From: Polymyxa betae A26-41
Taxonomy: Eukaryota > Protista > Endomyxa: Phytomyxea
Direction: 5' to 3'
Length of the DNA stretch: 61,944 nucleotides
Assembly: GCA_003693705.1 (NCBI GenBank)
Contig: RBZT01000610.1
Coordinates: 1 to 61,944, forward strand
Under the pieces are notes generated by a model that searched no databases, was not told where the DNA came from, and was given only the letters and a program-made list of their open reading frames with translations. Each line of letters begins with the position of its first letter. Positions within the stretch are counted from its first letter, which is position 1. A program made the position numbers and the translations under genes. This document shows, one piece after another, positions 1 through 11,499 of this stretch.

Positions 1-451
1 GGATTTCTCGATGAGTGGACGTATCTTTTGTTAGGTAATCTTTCAACCAATTGAGAAAAGCTGCATCAGTAAGAGCTGCCTTGTCCACTTTCATCAAATG
101 TTTGGTGATAACCGATAGGAGGTTCGGTTCCACCATTGTGAGAACACTTTGAGGATATGCAGTAGAACCAGCACCTTGGCGATGTGCGTTATCGAGAATT
201 TCACGATAACGTTCATATTTTTGACGGAACACAACAATGTCGCGGATGTCCAAGGTCCTGAGTATTGGAGGTTCGCCTGGCTTAACTAAGTGCAGGAGCA
301 ACCTGGGTTGTGTCGATCATTGCAGATGATGAGCTGTTAGTCGAGCTCGTCCTCGTTGCAGAGTTTGATTGTGCATTAAATTTCCAGCAGCATCAGGCAT
401 TGGAACGTCCTCAGAAGATTGATTTTCTGGATTATCGGCCGATGACGACAT
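1..451 (-). pseudogene. gag: Ty3/Gypsy gag N-terminal remnant, running off the window start
   Basis: Minus strand reads PPILRTLDIRDIVVFRQKYERY...LTMVEPNLLSVI, matching the gag ORFs at 6474 (APILKSTD...IDQPVLNVI) and 24962-25522 (APILRTADRKDIL...LEPVFLETI). Frameshifted near the start. Confidence 0.65.
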
Positions 452-570
452 GACCTCAACTACAAAGCGCTTTGTGTAGTTTTTCAGAGTTCTTTTCAGA
501 GATTAATATATTTCTGTCTTTATAATAAATCGTAAACAAACAGGTGAACGTTCGTCGAGCATCCAGCGCC

Positions 571-676
571 AGTCATTAGAACACGTCCAGAATCAGGCTT
601 ATATAATTTCATACAGTAAGATAGAAGGTCTATATTGAGAACTGAATGGTTAGAACAACGAGTGTCCCTAATGACA
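571..676 (-). repeat. Short (~106 bp) 5' LTR of the gypsy element at 1-451, followed by a TGG-type PBS
   Basis: On the minus strand it starts TGTCATTAG and ends CTAATGAC, an inverted terminal match. It is immediately followed by TGGCGCTGG and then gag. Confidence 0.55.
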
Positions 677-792
677 CTCGCTGAGAACATTCTCTATAAT
701 GTGCGTAGCCGGGACAATAAGTTGCGTAGCCGGTAACATAACACAGGGTAACGTAATCAAACTTGGCCTTTGCTTGCCCGATCCCTGACACC

Positions 793-898
793 TCTGTAGA
801 AACTGCGCCTGGACTTCACAGCAACTACTGACCAAAAGGTACAATAACAGCTCCACAGCTGTTAGTTTAGGGCCTACTTAAGCAGTACTCCACACACC
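793..898. repeat. Solo arm of the foldback repeat family found at 12977-13680
   Basis: Near-identical to 12977-13084 (TCTGTAGAAACTGCGCCTGGACTTCAC...TACTCCACACACC). Confidence 0.9.
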
Positions 899-989
899 CA
901 GTGACCCAGTGTTTTTGTGATCCACGCGAGATATCCATTAAAAAAGTACGACAGATTCAAAACTACGCCTTACGCACAGTTGCATTCGA

Positions 990-1400
990 TTGATAGGAAT
1001 GTCTGCAATGCTCTCTGACGACATGAACGCTGAGGTTGATCTTGAGCAAGATCAGTTGCAAACCTTAACGGATGCAAGAGCTGGTCGACCACAGAACACC
1101 AGCAAGGCTTACTGGTCAAAGCAGCGCGAGTTCATTCAATGGATGGAGCAGCAGCGCTTCATTGATGGCGTCACAGTTACTGGACCTAAAGTCCATTCTT
1201 TCCTCAGGACTGTGATGAACAGACCGAACAAACGACAAAGAGGTGCCGTTATTGGATACTCGTCGCTGAAAGCTTATGGAGCCGCATGCATTGATTTATA
1301 CATCAACAGAAGTTCCTGAATACAAACTCGAATCCTCACCCTCGTGACTGTCCTGCGTTGAAACACCTCTTCCGATTTGCTCGAAATGCTACGCATTTCA
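990..1400 (+). pseudogene. Crypton (Ndc10/GCR1-type tyrosine-recombinase transposon) N-terminal fragment
   Basis: RPQNTSKAYWSKQREFIQW...VTGPKVHSFL...IGYSSLKAYGAACIDLY, then in a shifted frame QQKFLNTNSNPHPR. This resembles the N-terminal domain of CryptonF/Ndc10-like proteins. No catalytic YR domain follows. Confidence 0.65.
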
Positions 1401-1479
1401 AACCGATTGGTGAGTTTAAGAGCCCCCCAAGGTGAACGATGTTTGGATTCTATGTTTATTAAATTGGTATTCTGACACG

Positions 1480-2937
1480 TGATCAAATGATGCCCTGAGA
1501 TCTTTATTCCTTATATCAAGTCCACGATGTTAACTAAGAACTCACAGTACCACGTATTGGTGCATGGTTTATTTAAATATCTCACCAGGGGCTAATTTTC
1601 GGAATCGAAGGACGCCAAATCCTTCCAAAAGGCTTTGTATTCGTTCTTTGATGCGATATCGAGTTGTATGAGCACAACTCTGAAGCGCTCGCACTTAGAG
1701 ACAATTCAACTAAAAATAACTGAGGCCTTGGCTATTCTGGAAGAGGTAATACTGACGAACCTTTCAAAGTGGTGTATAAATCTGAAATGTAGCGGCTTTC
1801 TTCCATGTGCATGTCTTTACCGGTCCACTATATGTTGCATGTTGTTGGCCATATTCTCAAAGATCTGGGTCCTTTCGTAGGAATATCATGGAACTTTTGG
1901 TCTGAGCGATTCATGAGACCTATCAAGTCTATGAATCATGCTTCGCGCGGGCAATTTGTGAACATCATGAGAAATTACTCAGAACAGGTTGTCATAACTG
2001 GTTTCCGGTAACATCTTGTGTGATATGTGCAATCATCCATCTTACTATGATCTGAATATAGATATCAATACCACGAGCGTTTCACCAGCAGCCAATTGAG
2101 AGCCTGGACCTTTGGACAATCGGATAATCTTGTCGCAGACGGATTTACAGATGTCAACGAATCAGAGCAGATTCGCTTGAAACTTGCTGATTTACAGATT
2201 GGTGAATCAAGACATTCAACTAGAAAACGCTCAGGTCTGACTGATACTTTAGGGCGATTGCATGAAGAACTATTCCAAAAGGACACACTGTACAAGAGTG
2301 CAGTCGAAAAGTTTAATGAGAAACTTCCCAAACCGGCTTCGAAAGCCAGCTTGTTGAAACATTCTATTGCTTACTTCCAGCATCATCACACAGCGCTTAT
2401 GCAGTTCTTAAAAAGCGCGAACTTCGATTCATCGTTGATTGACGCGTTGCAAGGTGATTCCGACCACTATTGTTTCGTTTTGTATTAAGCCATGTCTTAG
2501 GTCAATTTGTATTTCTGAAAAGAATTATTCACAAAGGTAAGCTTTTTAGGTCGCGAGATTTCGAAAGAAGCAAAGGGCTTAAAACGAGAAACCATATGCT
2601 TCAAGTCAAGATAGCGAAATCTGCCACGTCCAAATTCTCGCATTGGTTCGCAGCAGCAAAATGGTTTACAAAGCTGGTGGTGAATAATGGTGATCAGCCC
2701 ATCGTTTTTGCATTTGTTGACTGGTACAGGTCCCTACAAGGTCCAGGAGCTGCTTTCACTACTGACATCGAAACAAATCTGCCAATAATCGAAGAGATGT
2801 CTACATCCGAAAAAAATAACTGGTCGGGATGGGTCTCGATTGATTCAGTTGAGCCTGTTAATATCATGCTGGAAACAAAGTTAAAGGCTACTTCGCCATT
2901 AGAATGTCAAGATTGGAAGAGTCAGAATGATGTGTGA
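1480..2937 (+). pseudogene. CACTA/EnSpm-like transposase C-terminal remnant
   Basis: PVHYMLHVVGHILKDLGPFVGISWNFWSERFM matches the H.L.H...I...GP....W.F..ER motif. A downstream FAFVDWY block is present. Several frameshifts and stops. Confidence 0.65.
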
Positions 2938-3042
2938 TCGTTAATTTAGAGTAAGCTATGATGTCGGAAATAAAAATGAAGTTTATTGCTGTTTAGAAAG
3001 TGTCCATTAGCGCTTATTAATAAATTTAAGTAGCTATATAAT

Positions 3043-4350
3043 CCACCATCTGCATTACCACCGAAGACGTCCACCCCGATTAACACATCCATAGAACGAA
3101 CACGATGAGCAAGCTTTCGAAAGTGAAAGAAGAAATCAGTTGAATCGGCGACGTTCGAGGAAAACCCAATATAGCCAAAAGAGTGACAGCTTGGGCAAAA
3201 ATCGTAAAACAGATGGAACCATTTACGAAAAAAACACTTATGATTCGAATATTGTAAACCTTAAATAATAAACATTGCAATAAAGCAAGAAAATTTCAAA
3301 ATTGGGCAGAGCCGCCCCCGAAAAAGTGAGAAGTGAGAGATAGAATCAACCATCTTCATCAACTTCGCCAGCTGTCCACCCCGAATGACACGTCTACAGC
3401 ATCAACACGATGTCATCGAACTTTTGAAAGAGGAAGAGAAATGTTGAAAGAGAAATGAAACGAATCGGCGACCTTTCGAAGAAAACCCAATAAAGATTGA
3501 TAGCCTGATAGCTTCTGCAAACATCGTAGGACAAATAGATGAACGAATACAACTAACTAGCTTGCCTTAAACCTTGTATGATTGAAGAGCATTGAAATAT
3601 AGCAAAAGAATTTCCAAAATGGGCAGAGCCGCCCCTGAGAAGTTTAAGAAAAGAGAGGAAAAGGAGAGAATGCAGACCATCGTCGTCACCATCGCCACCG
3701 ACACTCCTAGCACACCTAGCAATAGCACGATGTCAGACAGCACTTGCAGCAGGAATCACAAAGGCTGAAAGGATACTGAGTAGACTCGGTGACGTTCTGT
3801 GAAAATCGATCTCAATGTAATAGCTTCGGCAAAATTAGAATAATAATCTAAACAAAGAGCAAATGCGATCACCCTGTTTCAGTAAAGGTGAAAATTTGTA
3901 GCACTAAAATAAAGACAATAATCTCCAAAAATATAATTGGGCAGACCGCCCTGAAAAGAAAAAAATAGAGAGAATTCCGACCGCATTCGTCCCCATGGCC
4001 ATCAATAGCCTATTTAACACATCTATAGCAAGAGCACGATGTAAGAAAACTGTTTTAAACAGTAAAAATAGACGCTGCAGACTACTGAGTAGGTTGTGCG
4101 ACGTTTGATATCGCATAACAAAGATAGTGATATCATCGGCATATTTAGAAAGATATTCAAAGAGAGAGCAAATGCCAACAGACTGTCTTGGTAAAATTGG
4201 AAGTAGTGAAATCAAATAAAGAAAGATAATTGATAGACGGAACAAAGCCTCCCCCGAAAAATGGAGAAATAGGGAGCAAATAAAATGAGAAGTGCCATCT
4301 TCTTCACCATCACCACCGCCCACTAACATCAGCATTAACGCGATCACAAT
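3043..4350. repeat. Degenerate tandem array, more than 4 units of ~305-320 bp
   Basis: Recurring anchors: GGGCAGA(G)CCGCCC at ~3304, 3621, 3938 and degenerate ~4240; CACGATG at ~3101, 3406, 3727, 4036; GAATCGGCGAC-like at ~3142, 3462, 3784. Confidence 0.8.
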
Positions 4351-4689
4351 GACAGAATAGATTTGGAATAGGAAAAGTAAACCCAATAAGCTCTGGTATC
4401 ATACTTGGAAAAGATGCTGTTATAGCATTTGCAGAAATTTGCACATAGAAATTTGAGTTCGCATTTTTTGCAGTTCCATCTTACAGCAATCTGCGCGCTC
4501 TCTTTGTTTAAAGCAGGAAAATGCAGACTCGATATTAAATGCGCATTTATTTCACGGAATTGGCAGAAATGTGCATACTGTGGCAGATAAAAGCTGGCTT
4601 TGCGCGGTCCGGTGCGTCGGGTCAAATATGGATGAAAGGATGGACACCCTGGCGAATTACAATGAAAACATGGACATCGAGGGCCGACA

Positions 4690-6333
4690 TTGGAAGAATT
4701 GAACCCTGACACCTCTGATGTGCCCGACGTTGTGATGCATACGGGAGGAAGAACGAAGCGTGTGCTTGCTGAGCCAGATCGCTTCACGTTTCACCAAGAG
4801 GACGAAGAGGCACGGAGGCGAATGAAGCGACTTCGCGCCTATCAAGTGACTGACGAACCTGCAAGCATCACTGAAGCACTCGAAGACGATGTCTGGCGAG
4901 CAGCTATGCAAAGTGAGTATCAATCCCTAGTGAAGAACGGAACCTGGGACCTCCTCAAGCTCCCACCGGGGCGGAAAGTCATCCAAGGCAAATGGATTTT
5001 CAAAGTGAAGACCGGAGCAGATGGCGAAGCCATTTGAAAGAAGGCCCGCTTCGTTGCGAGAGGCTTCACGCAGAAGAAAGGCGTCGACTACCAACAAACA
5101 TACTCCCCGGTGATCTCGATGACTTTGTTACGGCTGATGCTGACAATCGCTGCTCATTACGACCTTGAAATTGTTCAGATGGATATCGACACTGTTTAGT
5201 TGTATGGCGAACTCTCGGAGGATATCTATCTCCAACAGCCTGATGGCTTCCGCAAGCGTGATGAACATGGAGCCGAACTAGTGTTCCGTCTCCACAATTC
5301 CCTGTAGGGGCTTAAGCAGAGTGGACGTTGCTGGTGGACAAATCTGCATGTTATCTTCTGAGCTTGAAGTTTAGAGGCAGCCCCAGTGAGCCATGTCTTT
5401 ACTACAAACCAACCAAGAAAGGCCGGCTCATGATCGCTGTTTATGTTGACGATCTTGTCGTTGCCGGACCGAGTCCTGGACACATCGCCCATATCTTTGC
5501 CGAACTGAAGAATAAGTACAGTATCAAGCCTGCGGAGGAGCTTACATAAGTTCTTGGTATTCAAGTCACTCGTAATCGTGCTGAACGAAAGATCTTTCTT
5601 TCACAGGAAACGTACGCCCGGAACATGCTGAAGCGGTTCCAGATGGAAGATGCTAATGCTGTCAAAACCCCTGCTGATGACACCACATCCAGCTCAATTG
5701 CAGACGAGCCCGCGCAAGACTATCCATATCGTGAATCGATCGGATCTCTTATGTATCCTACGACAGCTACTAGGCCGGACCTATCTTTCGCAGTCAGCAC
5801 ATTAGCTCGTCATTCGCATAAGCCAACTCGTCGTAACGTTATGGGAGCCAAACACGTATTCAGATACCTGAAAGGCACAGTCCAGACGGGCATCATATTG
5901 GGAGGGGGCGACTTATTACTGGAGGCATACGCCGATGCCGATTATGCTGCCGACAAAGCCACTCGTCGTTCTGTCTCTGGAACCCTTATCAAGTTCGGAG
6001 GGGGCCCTATCGTCTGGGCCAGCCGACTACAGTCCTGCGTTACTCTCTCAACCGTTGAAGCTGAATACGTTGCTTTGTGCTCAGCAACGCAAGAAGTTAT
6101 TTGGCTCCGCCTCTTACTGGCTGATCTGGGTTGTCCTCAAGCAGATCCGACCCATCATGGAGGATAATCAAGGGACCATTGCACTAGCTGAGAGTGTTCA
6201 AACCAGCAGACGTTCGAAACATATTCAAGTTCGTTTTCATTTCGTTCGGGAGAAGGTCCTATCTAAAGATGTCATTCTCCAACATGTTCCATCATGTCAG
6301 CAGTTAGCTGATGTTTTTACCAAGCTCGGATGA
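4690..6333 (+). mobile_element. pol: Ty1/Copia pol remnant (RT and RNase H), degraded
   Basis: WRAAMQSEYQSLVKNGTW, KWIFKVK, AVYVDDL, YRESIGSLMY, AYADADYA, STVEAEY, EDNQG, RSKHIQVRFHFVRE, QLADVFTK. Contains stops and frameshifts. Confidence 0.95.
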
Positions 6334-6334
6334 A

Positions 6335-6442
6335 TGTAGACGGTGATGAAGCGCTGTGGTATAAGAGATAACATGAACTGTGGCATATTGAAGAAAAAAT
6401 AAAAATAGAGTTACATTAGAGAGAGATCTGATCCAGATTACA
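6335..6442 (+). repeat. Probable short 5' LTR of the gypsy element starting at 6474
   Basis: TGTA...TACA termini and an internal AATAAA. It truncates the Copia RNase H and lies 31 bp upstream of gag. Confidence 0.5.
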
Positions 6443-6473
6443 AAGTAATTACTTTAGAGTCGGGCGGTCAGAG

Positions 6474-7800
6474 ATGATGAGCATCGATAAATCATCTGCA
6501 GGCAATGAAGCTATTCTTTATACTAGTTCAAAAGGGCGTAAGGAGGAGAGCGTGAATCCTTCAACCGCAACGATGGTGCATATTGGCACGATTGAGGCAC
6601 CAATCCTGAAGTCCACGGATACTGTGGAGATTTTAAGCTGGCACAGCAAATATTTGAAATACCTCCAATGTGTGGAGGATGCAAAACGAGCTAGCGGGGG
6701 AGTTTCTGTTGCTGGGGCTCGTACCATAACTTCGATGATTGATCAGCCTGTGCTGAATGTGATTGCCAAATGGCATCTGAAAATGGAAGTGAGTCAGATC
6801 GATGATAATACTTTAATTAAGTATTTGGAAGATCATTGTAATAAGGACAAATCTTCTCATTCTCGTATTTATTCCATATTCCGAGAGGAATTGAAGATGG
6901 ATTTAAATATTAAGTCTCCTTTTGCTCGAGTTGATGCATTATTGGTTTTGACGGAAGATATTAGTTTGCGACATAATCTTTATGGTGTGTTTAACTCTGA
7001 ACCGGGTCGTCGGAATTGGGTTAAATTCATGATTGATGCGTTGCGGCCATATCGGTTGAAGCAACATATGAAGATTATGGTTGAGATAGCTAAGATAACT
7101 AAGCCTGAGCTAATCAGTGATCTTGGTGCATTTGTTGCTGAGTTAAATATTCAGGTTCCATTATTTGAGATGGATGTTTTTGGGGAGAAAAATTTTAATC
7201 TTCAAAAGAAGCTCACGTGTTTGATCTTCTGGTGAAGATCAAACACGTGATGTGAAGCGCTTTAAAAGCGAGTTTAAAGCGGCTTGTTTTAAATGTCAAC
7301 AGCCTGGACATCGCATGAATGAATGTCCGCTGAAGCCTTCTGAAGCTGAGTGTAAGCTACTTTGGAAGAAAATCGGGGAAAGAAGAAATAGTGTCTGAAT
7401 TTAATACAGCAATGATTTTGTTTGGATGATTTATAGTCTAAAAAAGAGTGAGTTACTGCGTAATGCGCTACGACCACTTGTGAATTAATGCGTAATGCGC
7501 TAGGATTCACTTGGATTATGAACATCTTGTGATTCTTTCGGTGACTATCAAGACTTGTCACAGGCGCCATGAACTGGAAATCGTTTGGCCAAACGTACTG
7601 GAATCATTACTGAATGTGATAAGTTGAGTGACTTATACACTTGGATTTGTGGTAGTCTTATGCATTTCGTATGGAATACTATGTAGGATAACTGAATATC
7701 CATAGTCTTTATTCAGAAAGACCCTTCGGAAAGGAATTAATGATATTTATATCAGGGCAAGGAACGCATTTATATTTTGGGGTGTACCTTTTTCCATAAC
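6474..7800 (+). pseudogene. gag: Ty3/Gypsy gag (ORF 6474-7235) with CCHC knuckle and degraded protease region
   Basis: 253-aa ORF homologous to the other gag copies in the window. CFKCQQPGHRMNEC zinc knuckle at ~7285-7327, after the premature stop. Confidence 0.8.
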
Positions 7801-7842
7801 TTGCCACTTATGGTTTTTGACGGGTGCTCAAAGTAAGAATGC

Positions 7843-8109
7843 TGTGACAACTTTCCAGAAGACGTCAAGTCTACAGACCGAACGGCCAGAACGGCTGTTC
7901 GAACAGAAGAAAGAGATGAGGAAAAGAAGAGATTCGGAAAGGAATAATTCATTTATTTGTTAAAAAGCCGCCACGGACCAGTAGGGACCGATGATTAGCG
8001 GTAGTTGCAATAGTAAAGAAAGTGAAGGAAATAAAAGAGAAGTTATTAGAAATCACGAGAAGGAACCACGCAGTTTTGAACGCAAGGGCGTGAGAAATTA
8101 TGCGTCGCA
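7843..8109 (-). repeat. 3' LTR
   Basis: Direct repeat of 12616-12882 with about 5 substitutions. The PPT (minus-strand GAGAGAGGGAGA) is adjacent at 8110-8121. Confidence 0.97.
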
Positions 8110-8149
8110 TCTCCCTCTCTCGAGGAAGCAGCTCCAAGTGGGTAACAGC

Positions 8150-8830
8150 TGCAGGCAACGATGACGATTTCAAAAGGCTTTGTAGATGAACAGGAATTTC
8201 GCGCTTCAATGAAGCCAGAGTCTCCCAGAGTCATACTCTGTGGAAAGCCCGCGCCAACGTACCAAAAGTTTCCAAACACGTTTTTTGAGCTTTGCGTCAA
8301 GAATGGATTCGACTTCATAACCAGTGTCATCAAACGCAATTTGATCTTAAAGTTCCTGCGTTACATTCAAGGAGGAATCACAATAGAATCGCAGTCGCTG
8401 AGCATGACATTCAAAACGTTCGAAAGTGATTAGGTTTTCAACCAAATAAATGTGTTCAGAACGGCATTCAGCAATACGGGCAGGTCCACGCCACTGAAGG
8501 GCAAGCTTAGACTTAGACAGATGGATAGAATACAAAACAATGTCGCCAGGGATAAAATTCGCCAAAGGGGCACGGCGCCGACGGTTTGCTCGAAGATGAG
8601 TTTTGTTACGAACATCCAAGGTCTGACGATGCATCTGCGACAACGAGGAGCGCAGGTCAGTAACGAGAGTGCATAGCTGGGAATCAGGTAACGAAACAGT
8701 AACAAATTCAGATTTCAAGGGATGCCAAAATGTATCCAATGGAGAGCTTGGAGGCAAGCCGGTCATAAGCTCAATTGGCGCAAACCTCGTGCTCGGTGAA
8801 ACCGAGTTATTAAGAGCAAAACGAACAACC
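8150..8830 (-). pseudogene. Integrase C-terminus (GPY/F) and chromodomain
   Basis: FAPIELMTGLPP, SKLALQWRGPARI, HAQRLRFY, then EILDAK...LLVRWRGL...DS (chromodomain). Confidence 0.85.
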
Positions 8831-8850
8831 GCTCCCGCAATGCGCTATAA

Positions 8851-9582
8851 TCAAAAGACGAAGGTGAAGTTCATGAGCGTCGTCTGGAATCCAAACAATG
8901 TCGGAATCCGTAACAAAACACCGCAAGAATTTAATGAGAAACGAAAAGGGCCATTAAGAAAACCTGCGGGGTCTGGAGACGCAGCCTGCTGAATCTCGAC
9001 GATATCATCAACCGCTGGGAACTCAAAATCGGCTGACTGGAGAGGCTGTACGATGCCGACAGGGGTCTTAATGACACAGCAGACTACCGGAGATGGTAGT
9101 CGGGGCGCAGCCCATCGAGTCAGCATATCAGTCCAGACGTTCAGATGACCGGGAATATGTTCGATAATATAGTTTAAACTACTTAAACGCAAACTCCAAC
9201 GATGTAACTTGTCGATAGAATGTCGTTTTAACGGGATCGAAGAAGATTCAGGATTGAAAATAAAAGTCAAATTTCTGTGATCAGTAAAAATGCGAAATGG
9301 TCGTTCAAAAAGAAGAAGATAATCGAAACGATCAACTGCTTCAATCAAGCCATACGCTTTTTTTTCCGGCACGGACCACCGAAAGGCTGCGCCAGAAAAA
9401 GGTTTGCTGTAGAATGCAAGCGGTTCATGGTTTTGCTCGGCGATCGGCTTGGACAATTCAACTGGTGACAGCTGCGTGATAATGACCGAGCAAAAATCTC
9501 CGGATGAGTCGTGGAAAACGCATCGCTCCATTCCAGCTTTGGGATGAGACAAAGCAACAGAATTGTCCAAAGCAGTAAGCAT
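8851..9582 (-). CDS. Gypsy RNase H region (frameshifted continuation of pol)
   Basis: CVFHDSS, PLAFYSKPF, WSVPEK, FTDHRNL, IEHIPGHLNVWTDMLTRW. Confidence 0.88.
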   Translation of the reverse strand: MLTALDNSVALSHPKAGMERCVFHDSSGDFCSVIITQLSPVELSKPIAEQNHEPLAFYSKPFSGAAFRWSVPEKKAYGLIEAVDRFDYLLLFERPFRIFTDHRNLTFIFNPESSSIPLKRHSIDKLHRWSLRLSSLNYIIEHIPGHLNVWTDMLTRWAAPRLPSPVVCCVIKTPVGIVQPLQSADFEFPAVDDIVEIQQAASPDPAGFLNGPFRFSLNSCGVLLRIPTLFGFQTTLMNFTFVF

Positions 9583-9612
9583 ATTCAGAAAAGAGGAAGA
9601 TACAGAATCATC

Positions 9613-11499
9613 CTAAAATTCAGCAGAAATTAAAATACGTCGTGCTGAAGATTTTGAGCGATCCTTACATTGTTTTAACAGTTGCTCCAACAGGCTCCGC
9701 AGATGCTGGATGATGCGAGCGAAGTCCGGGATGTGGGAGCTAAACCATGTACAAGCGCGGACAAATTGCATCAAGTCCGCAGCAGTCCGCGGTTGCGACA
9801 TTGAACGTAACGCGGCAGAACGCGCAGGGTCATGCTTCCAACCGCCCTTGAAGTAAATTTTCCCGCACCATTTAGCCTCGAGAAGAAAGAATTTACACCG
9901 CGAGGCATTAAGTTTCAGTTGAAACTTACGGCATAACTCTAAAATAGTGCGTAAAATGCGCAGCAGAGAGGTTGGGTCTGGAGCGTGGCCAAGTAAGTCG
10001 TCGATCCAGATGACTATTTCACGACACGATAGCGAAGGTCGGAATATTGTATCCATGGCATGCTGGAAAATAAAAACTGAATTCACATTACCTTGTGGCA
10101 GACGATATGGAGTGAAGATACCAATGGGGGTCGACATTGACTGGCTCTCGACGTCGCCTGCGATAGGTATCTGCCAAAAACCTTTAAAAGCGTCCAGAGT
10201 AAAGAAAACAGCCGACTCCGAAAGGTATTCGCCTAACGAAAGTAAGTGCGGCATGGGGTAGGAAAGACGCTGCATCTTAGAATTCGGAACTCGAAGATCA
10301 CAAACTGAGCGAAGAGATCGGTTAGCGCCAGGCTTCGGAACGCAAAAAGCGGGGGAGGCCCAGCGGGATGACGGATTAAGAAACCCGTAGCCGAAATCAA
10401 TCAACTGAGAGAAATGCTGTGATAAAAAATCACGATAGAGTGGGGCCATATTACGAGGCTTGCATAACAGAGGCTTCGCATAGGGCAGCGATTGTAAAAT
10501 AGCAGGTTCGATATCTACAGGCGGATCAGGGCCCAATTTGACACGGAAAACATCAATGAAATCGAAAAGTAGATTTTCAAGTTCCTTAGCAAACGTTGGC
10601 GGAGCATGGATGGCAGCTGAAGCAACGGCCTCCTTCAAAGCGTCCGCAACTTCAGACTGGTCGGTAACACCAAACGGGAGATGTTCGATATCGCGATCAG
10701 CGAAAGCAGATTCATCCGAGACTGGAGCGGGTCGAACGGCGAGCTCGCAAAATTGCTGTTCAACGTCAATATCTAATGATAAAAGCAATGGGCGACCCAG
10801 TAATATCTCCGCTAGTGGAATATCCGCAAGATAAACCTTTTGTCCACGTTCTATGACCGTACCGGCCGATGTCTGAAGATGAATATCGATAAACGCAGAT
10901 TTCGTCGCCGTAGCCAGTGAACCGTCTGCTAATTTGAACTGCATATTAACAGCTTCTACGGATAAACCGGTGTCAGCTATGGTGTCCCATACATTAGACC
11001 CCATAAGAGTAATATCGGCGCCGTCATCTAAAGCGGCAGGAAATTCAAAAAAATCTCCACCAATCTCGAGTCGCACAGAGTGCAAACGTGAGACAGATTC
11101 TGATTGAGAAACCTTGTTAACGCGTGAGGAAGCCTGATCGTCATGGTCCTCTTGCGTGTCCAAAGGTCGACTAGAAAGGACTTCAATACAAGGAGAATCA
11201 GGTACTTGCGTTTTAGTCCAAAATTCAGATTTGGAGTCTGCGTCACTCGAAGGGTCCGCGGATATACGACTCACACGAGGGGGATCCATCTTGGGAGCTG
11301 TAGATGTTCCAGGCGACGGAGTTTTATACGATGTCCGCGATGCGGCGAGGGACGAGTACGTCGGGGACATAAACGAGCGCTGGGCAGCTGGCTCTGCCGG
11401 GGTATGCGGAGAGGGACCCGAAGACGAGGCCGCAGTAGTTGACGCCGTAGCTTGGTTACGGCCCCGCGCAATGAATTCTTCAACGAGTCGTTCGGCCAC
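9613..11499 (-). CDS. pol: Gypsy pol: aspartic protease and reverse transcriptase
   Basis: ALDDGAD protease motif, ILLGRP, WASPAFCVPK, LDAFKGFWQ, RLPQG, WIDDLL. Confidence 0.95.
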   Translation of the reverse strand: MAERLVEEFIARGRNQATASTTAASSSGPSPHTPAEPAAQRSFMSPTYSSLAASRTSYKTPSPGTSTAPKMDPPRVSRISADPSSDADSKSEFWTKTQVPDSPCIEVLSSRPLDTQEDHDDQASSRVNKVSQSESVSRLHSVRLEIGGDFFEFPAALDDGADITLMGSNVWDTIADTGLSVEAVNMQFKLADGSLATATKSAFIDIHLQTSAGTVIERGQKVYLADIPLAEILLGRPLLLSLDIDVEQQFCELAVRPAPVSDESAFADRDIEHLPFGVTDQSEVADALKEAVASAAIHAPPTFAKELENLLFDFIDVFRVKLGPDPPVDIEPAILQSLPYAKPLLCKPRNMAPLYRDFLSQHFSQLIDFGYGFLNPSSRWASPAFCVPKPGANRSLRSVCDLRVPNSKMQRLSYPMPHLLSLGEYLSESAVFFTLDAFKGFWQIPIAGDVESQSMSTPIGIFTPYRLPQGNVNSVFIFQHAMDTIFRPSLSCREIVIWIDDLLGHAPDPTSLLRILRTILELCRKFQLKLNASRCKFFLLEAKWCGKIYFKGGWKHDPARSAALRSMSQPRTAADLMQFVRACTWFSSHIPDFARIIQHLRSLLEQLLKQCKDRSKSSARRILISAEF

